19,313 bases of DNA from the NCBI GenBank assembly GCA_040390065.1, contig JAZJZE010000031.1:1-19313 (forward strand), in the 5' to 3' direction. Below the pieces are notes generated by a model that searched no databases, was not told where the DNA came from, and saw only the letters and a program-made list of their open reading frames with translations. Position numbers and translations under genes: made by a program. The DNA comes from a bacterium. Lineage in GTDB: Archaea; Thermoplasmatota; E2; JACPAO01; JAHFTW01. Positions 15,105 to 19,313 of the stretch are shown here, one piece after another (the stretch's first letter is position 1; every line of letters begins with the position of its first letter).

Positions 15105-16778
15105 ATGCGGCAGCCTGGCCTCGTCCTCGCCTTGGCCGCCCTTGCCGTCCTGCCCGCGCTCTCCGGTTGCGCGTCGCCCGCCCCCCTTCGGGACTTTGCG
15201 CCCATTGCCTCCCCGGACTGGCGCCCGGGCTACGCCTTCCAGTACGCCAACGAGCAGTCCAGCTCCAGCCACGTCGCCGTGACGCGCAACGGCGTGCCCC
15301 AATCGAACGGCCACGACGCCGCCACGCATGCACCCGTGCCGGGCCTGTCGTTGGAGGTCTTGTCCACGCATGTGCCCGACGGCGACCGCCCGATGTACCT
15401 CGTGGCAGCCCAAGTCGGCACGACGGTCGAGGCGTTGACCGCGGACAGCCGCCTCGCCGGCCGCCACCCCGTCGGCGTGCGCCCCAGCGACTTGCAGGTC
15501 GTCGATGCCATGGTGCATTACGCGCAAGCCTGCGCCGACATCTGCACGACGCGTGCGTCCTCCCTGCGCTACGACGCGGTGAGCAGCTACCCATGGCTGG
15601 AGTTCCCGCTCGTGCGCGGCGCCAAGTGGTCTGGTCCGATGCCGGGACTGTCCCCGGCAGGCTCGGTCGTCGGCACGATGGAAGTGCACTCCACGGTGGC
15701 GGGCCTGGACCGTGTCACGACCCCCCTCGGCGAGGTCGATGCCGTTCGCGTCAATCACCACATCGAAGCCCCCCAACTCGCCGCCAACCTCGCTCTCCTG
15801 CGCGATGAGGGGGTCGCCCGCGGGTATTCGGCGGTCGACGTGTCGGCGACACTGTCGTTCGACCGCACGATCTGGTTCGGGCCTGCATCGCATGCCGTCG
15901 TTCGCGACGAGAGCCACATGGCGTTTGCCGAACGCGTGGCTTGGACCAACCACGGCGACCGGTACGAGACCGCGATCGACATTGCAAGCGATTCGCGGCA
16001 GAGCCTTGTCGCGTTCACGCTGGGGGAGGTGGCCGACCTCGACTTGGCGGACGCGCTCGATGCATTGAGCCCCGGCTCGAGCAAGAACGCGGCGCCGTTG
16101 GCACCAGTCAGCACGGCGCTTCGGTTGACGGCCGACCACGCGGACGCCAACGCCGCTGCCAGCCAGCCCATCACGTTCCGCCCCATCATTCCAGCAGGCC
16201 GCGGGCCCGGCCAGGACCTGTCGGTCTTCGTGGTGGGCGCCCACGGCATCGTCGCCCTGCAGGACGATGGCTCCGGCGCCTTCCGCTTCGTTCCGCCGGA
16301 GATGGGCCTGTACACGGCGGTTGCACAGCAGAGCAGGGACGGGGCCGTCGTGCAAAGGTCGAGCATGCAGATCCCCGTGCGCTACGACGGCCAAGCCACC
16401 ATTGCCTGCCCCCTTGCAGACCCAGGCTTCAACGGCTGTTCCACCGCCGTCGTCCCCGTGCGTCCGGGCATCCGGCGTCTGACGATTGACGCCACGCGCA
16501 GCGGCGCCGCCTTGCCTGCCACACTCCGGCTCACGGCGGCCGACGGCACGACGACGAGCGCGGACTTCACGGGCAGCCACGCACGCATCGAGTTGGATGC
16601 ATTTTCCCCGCAGGGTGCCGCAGGCCCGGATTGGATGCTCGAGTACGTGCCGGTCGTCGTGGCTGGTGAGACCGTGGACCTGCATCTGCGACTGGACCCG
16701 GAGCAACCTAGCCCCACGACGGACGGCGCCGATGTCGGAGTTGCCGCGCTGGCATGCACCGCGTGCGAGCCCTGGTGA
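15105..16778 (+). CDS. Large putative lipoprotein, unknown function
   Basis: MRQPGLVLALAALAVLPALSGC lipobox; PDWRPGYAFQY, FPLVRGAKW and VTTPLGEVDAVRV segments. Confidence 0.8.
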   Translation: MRQPGLVLALAALAVLPALSGCASPAPLRDFAPIASPDWRPGYAFQYANEQSSSSHVAVTRNGVPQSNGHDAATHAPVPGLSLEVLSTHVPDGDRPMYLVAAQVGTTVEALTADSRLAGRHPVGVRPSDLQVVDAMVHYAQACADICTTRASSLRYDAVSSYPWLEFPLVRGAKWSGPMPGLSPAGSVVGTMEVHSTVAGLDRVTTPLGEVDAVRVNHHIEAPQLAANLALLRDEGVARGYSAVDVSATLSFDRTIWFGPASHAVVRDESHMAFAERVAWTNHGDRYETAIDIASDSRQSLVAFTLGEVADLDLADALDALSPGSSKNAAPLAPVSTALRLTADHADANAAASQPITFRPIIPAGRGPGQDLSVFVVGAHGIVALQDDGSGAFRFVPPEMGLYTAVAQQSRDGAVVQRSSMQIPVRYDGQATIACPLADPGFNGCSTAVVPVRPGIRRLTIDATRSGAALPATLRLTAADGTTTSADFTGSHARIELDAFSPQGAAGPDWMLEYVPVVVAGETVDLHLRLDPEQPSPTTDGADVGVAALACTACEPW

Positions 16779-16827
16779 TTGTCTCCAGACGCACGCTTTT
16801 ATGGCGGCCCCAAGTCGCCGCGGCTCG

Positions 16828-17592
16828 ATGACGAAGATTGCCGTCCTGGTCAAGATGGCGCCGGACGTGACACAGCTCAAGATCGATCCCGCCACACAGG
16901 CCCCGCGCATGGAGGGCTTGCCGTGGAAGGTCTCCGACTTCGACAAGAACGCCATCGAGGCGGCTGTCAAACTCAAGGAGAAGGGGCAGGCCACGAAGAT
17001 CACGGCCTACACGTTCAACGGTGGACCGACGGTGCTGAACCTCATCAAGGAGCCCTTGGCGATGGGTTGCGACGAGGCCGTCGTTCTCACGGGTCCGGAC
17101 ACGGACGGCATCGGCATCGCGCGCGTGCTTGCAGAGGCGGTGCGCAAGGACGGCGCCGACCTTGTCTTCGCCGGTGACGTGTCCATCGACCGCGTGCAGG
17201 GCGAGATTGGCCCCCGCGTCGCAGCCATCCTTGGCATGCCGAGCCTCGTCAACTGCCAGCAGGTGCACGGCGTCGAAGGCGGCAAACTCAAGGCGACGCG
17301 AGCCGGCGACCCCGACGAGACGGTCGAAGTGCCTCTGCCGTGCGCGGCGACCTTCAACGACGAAGCCAACCGGCCGCGGCTTCCCGCACTCATGCAGATC
17401 CTCGGCGCGGGGAAGAAGCCCATCCGCCAAGTGAAGACGTCCGACCTCGGCATCGCGGACGCAAGCCTCGCGCGGCGCATGGCCATGACGGCCAACAAGG
17501 CGCCCAAGCAGGAGCGCAAGAACGTCGTGTTTTCTGGCGCCGACGCGGCCGAGCAATTGGCGCAGGCGCTGAAGAAGGAGGGCGTCGCATGA
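16828..17592 (+). CDS. etfB: Electron transfer flavoprotein beta subunit
   Basis: KIAVLVKMAPD, FDKNAIEAAVKLKE, LAMGCD, GDVSID and NRPRLP; TTTTAT box about 25-30 nt upstream. Confidence 0.95.
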   Translation: MTKIAVLVKMAPDVTQLKIDPATQAPRMEGLPWKVSDFDKNAIEAAVKLKEKGQATKITAYTFNGGPTVLNLIKEPLAMGCDEAVVLTGPDTDGIGIARVLAEAVRKDGADLVFAGDVSIDRVQGEIGPRVAAILGMPSLVNCQQVHGVEGGKLKATRAGDPDETVEVPLPCAATFNDEANRPRLPALMQILGAGKKPIRQVKTSDLGIADASLARRMAMTANKAPKQERKNVVFSGADAAEQLAQALKKEGVA

Positions 17593-18437
17593 GCGTCATC
17601 CTCGTCTGGTCCGACGACGCCAAACTGCAGGCAGAGCTCGCAGGCAAGGCCGCAAGCCTCGGCACGGCCAACGTCTTCGTCCCCGCCGGTTTGCCGGACG
17701 GCGACTCCGCGACCATCGCCCTGGGCCTGGCCGACGCAGCGAAATCGTCGCACGCCGAACTCGTCATGGTCGGCGCCACGAAGAAAGGCAAAGACGTCGG
17801 CCCGCGCCTCGCCGCCCACCTGGATGTCCCCTTTGCCGCAGAGGTCCAGGAGGTCTCCAACACTGGCGGCTGGACGGTCTCGCGCATGGTCCTCTCGGGC
17901 AACTCCAAGGCGACGTACACCCTAGGCGCCTCTGCCGTCGTCACGGCGAACCCGAAGACGTTCGAGGCCAGCGGCGCGGCGCCTGCCGCCGTCAATGCGT
18001 CCGGGATTGCAGCGAGCTCCGTCAACGTGGTGGGGAAGAAGGCGGAGATGCACAGCGACTTCGACCTCGGCTCCGCCCTGGTCGTGGTCGGCGTCGGCCG
18101 CGGCTTCAAGCAGCAAGCAGACATCAAGCTGGCCGAGGATCTTGCCAAATGCTTCCCCGGTGGCGCCGTCGGATGCAGCCGCCCCATCGCGGCCGACCTC
18201 AAATGGCTCGGCGAAGAGCACTGGATTGGCCTGTCGGGCCATGCCATCAAGCCCAAGGCGTACATCGCCTGCGGCGTGTCGGGCCAGATCCAGCACATCG
18301 CCGGCATCCGCGGCTCGAAACTCATCGTGGCCATCAACACGAACAAGGACGCGCCCATCTTCCAGGTCGCCGACTACGGCGTCGTGGGCGACTTGTACCA
18401 GGTCATCCCCAAGCTCATGGCGGCACTCAAGTCGTAG
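17589..18437 (+). CDS. etfA: Electron transfer flavoprotein alpha subunit (short N-terminal domain)
   Basis: VVGVGRG, GCSRP, IGLSG, GVSGQIQHIAG and AINTNKDAPIFQVADYGVVGD; ATGA overlap with etfB. Confidence 0.95.
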   Translation: MSVILVWSDDAKLQAELAGKAASLGTANVFVPAGLPDGDSATIALGLADAAKSSHAELVMVGATKKGKDVGPRLAAHLDVPFAAEVQEVSNTGGWTVSRMVLSGNSKATYTLGASAVVTANPKTFEASGAAPAAVNASGIAASSVNVVGKKAEMHSDFDLGSALVVVGVGRGFKQQADIKLAEDLAKCFPGGAVGCSRPIAADLKWLGEEHWIGLSGHAIKPKAYIACGVSGQIQHIAGIRGSKLIVAINTNKDAPIFQVADYGVVGDLYQVIPKLMAALKS

Positions 18438-18482
18438 GGACCCGCCAATAACCCTAAGGCGGCAAGTCCGCATCGCCGTGTC

Positions 18483-19208
18483 GTGCGCATCGCAGCCGCC
18501 GCCGTCGTTCTCGTCATCCTGCCACTTTCCGGTTGCTTCGGCGGATCACACCACGTGACGCCAGGAGACTACCTCACCGGCACGTACGGCAAGTGGCTCG
18601 TCGAAGTGGACGCCGCATCCGGCGACCGCCCGGACACGAGCCTCACGACGTTCCTGCATGACCACCTGGCCCCGCTCGTGAACAAGCCCAACGGCGTGGC
18701 ATTCTACAACGATGATGCCCTCACGTCGACCGACGCGTCCTGGTCGGATTCGCAGATCGAGGACTTCGCCTCGGCGCACTCGAGCTTCTCCACGGGTGGC
18801 GACCAAGTCGTCACGCATCTCATGTTCCTAGCGGGGCACTACGCGGGCGACTCCGGCAGTGCCAAGGTGCTCGGCGTCACGTACGACTACGACCTCATCG
18901 TCATCTTCCCCCAGACCATCAAGTCAACTTGCACTCTGCAGAACCTGTGCACCGACTCCGGCTCCATCCTGCGCGCCGCGACGCTGCACGAATTCGGCCA
19001 CGCCCTGGGCCTCGTCAACCGCGGCACCGACATGGTGCACCCGCACGAAGACGCCAGCCACGCAGGCCACTCCACCAACAACAAGTCCGTCATGTATTGG
19101 GCCGTGGAGAGCAGCGACATCGTCAACCTGCTCACGACGGGCGGCACCATCCCGCAGGACTTCGACTCCAGCGACAAGGAAGACCTGCACCACGCCGGCG
19201 GCCTCTAG
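18483..19208 (+). CDS. Lipoprotein zinc metallopeptidase (metzincin-like)
   Basis: LSGC lipobox, HEFGHALGL zinc motif, distal His residues, SVMY Met-turn. Confidence 0.85.
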   Translation: MRIAAAAVVLVILPLSGCFGGSHHVTPGDYLTGTYGKWLVEVDAASGDRPDTSLTTFLHDHLAPLVNKPNGVAFYNDDALTSTDASWSDSQIEDFASAHSSFSTGGDQVVTHLMFLAGHYAGDSGSAKVLGVTYDYDLIVIFPQTIKSTCTLQNLCTDSGSILRAATLHEFGHALGLVNRGTDMVHPHEDASHAGHSTNNKSVMYWAVESSDIVNLLTTGGTIPQDFDSSDKEDLHHAGGL

Positions 19209-19313
19209 AGGTCATTGCATAACCTCCAGGAGGCCTGCGCGCGCCGGTTTGCAAGGATTGCTAGGAGGTTGGGCCGACTTCGTGGCAGCGCCACGACGAG
19301 GTCCAAGCGACGA
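19208..19313 (+). mobile_element. MITE-like structured repeat, copy C (cut off by the window end)
   Basis: GAGGTCATTGCATAACCTCCAGGAGGCCTGCGCGCGCCGGTTTGCAAGGA aligns without gaps to the left end of copy A. Confidence 0.85.

Noticed and set aside
15039-17003. 654-aa antisense ORF and similar long antisense ORFs
   Set aside because: Mirror frames of GC3-biased real genes with no recognisable motifs.

Overview
High-GC archaeal DNA (aIF2-gamma, eS6, Fcf1-like PIN, TATA-like boxes about 25 nt before start codons); Thermoplasmatota is a guess from gene style. The window opens with an exact 120-bp tandem array that runs straight into a tRNA-Ser(UGA) gene at 390-473. Each unit is a copy of that tRNA's 5' half, with a 57-nt double hairpin inserted in the D-arm and a new 7-bp closing stem followed by CCA. 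Next comes a lower-GC GHKL ATPase gene that appears cut off and joined to a headless host-like ORF near 1280. The rest is housekeeping and metabolic genes (histidine phosphatase, PIN, eif2g, rps6e, FTR1 permease with a DtxR-family regulator, acyl-CoA dehydrogenase, msrB, Rid protein, etfBA) mixed with many lipoprotein and surface-protein genes. Three copies of a ~270-bp structured element with terminal inverted repeats each start on the G of a gene's TAG stop codon and show compensatory base changes. All calls come from reading the sequence by eye; no searches were run.
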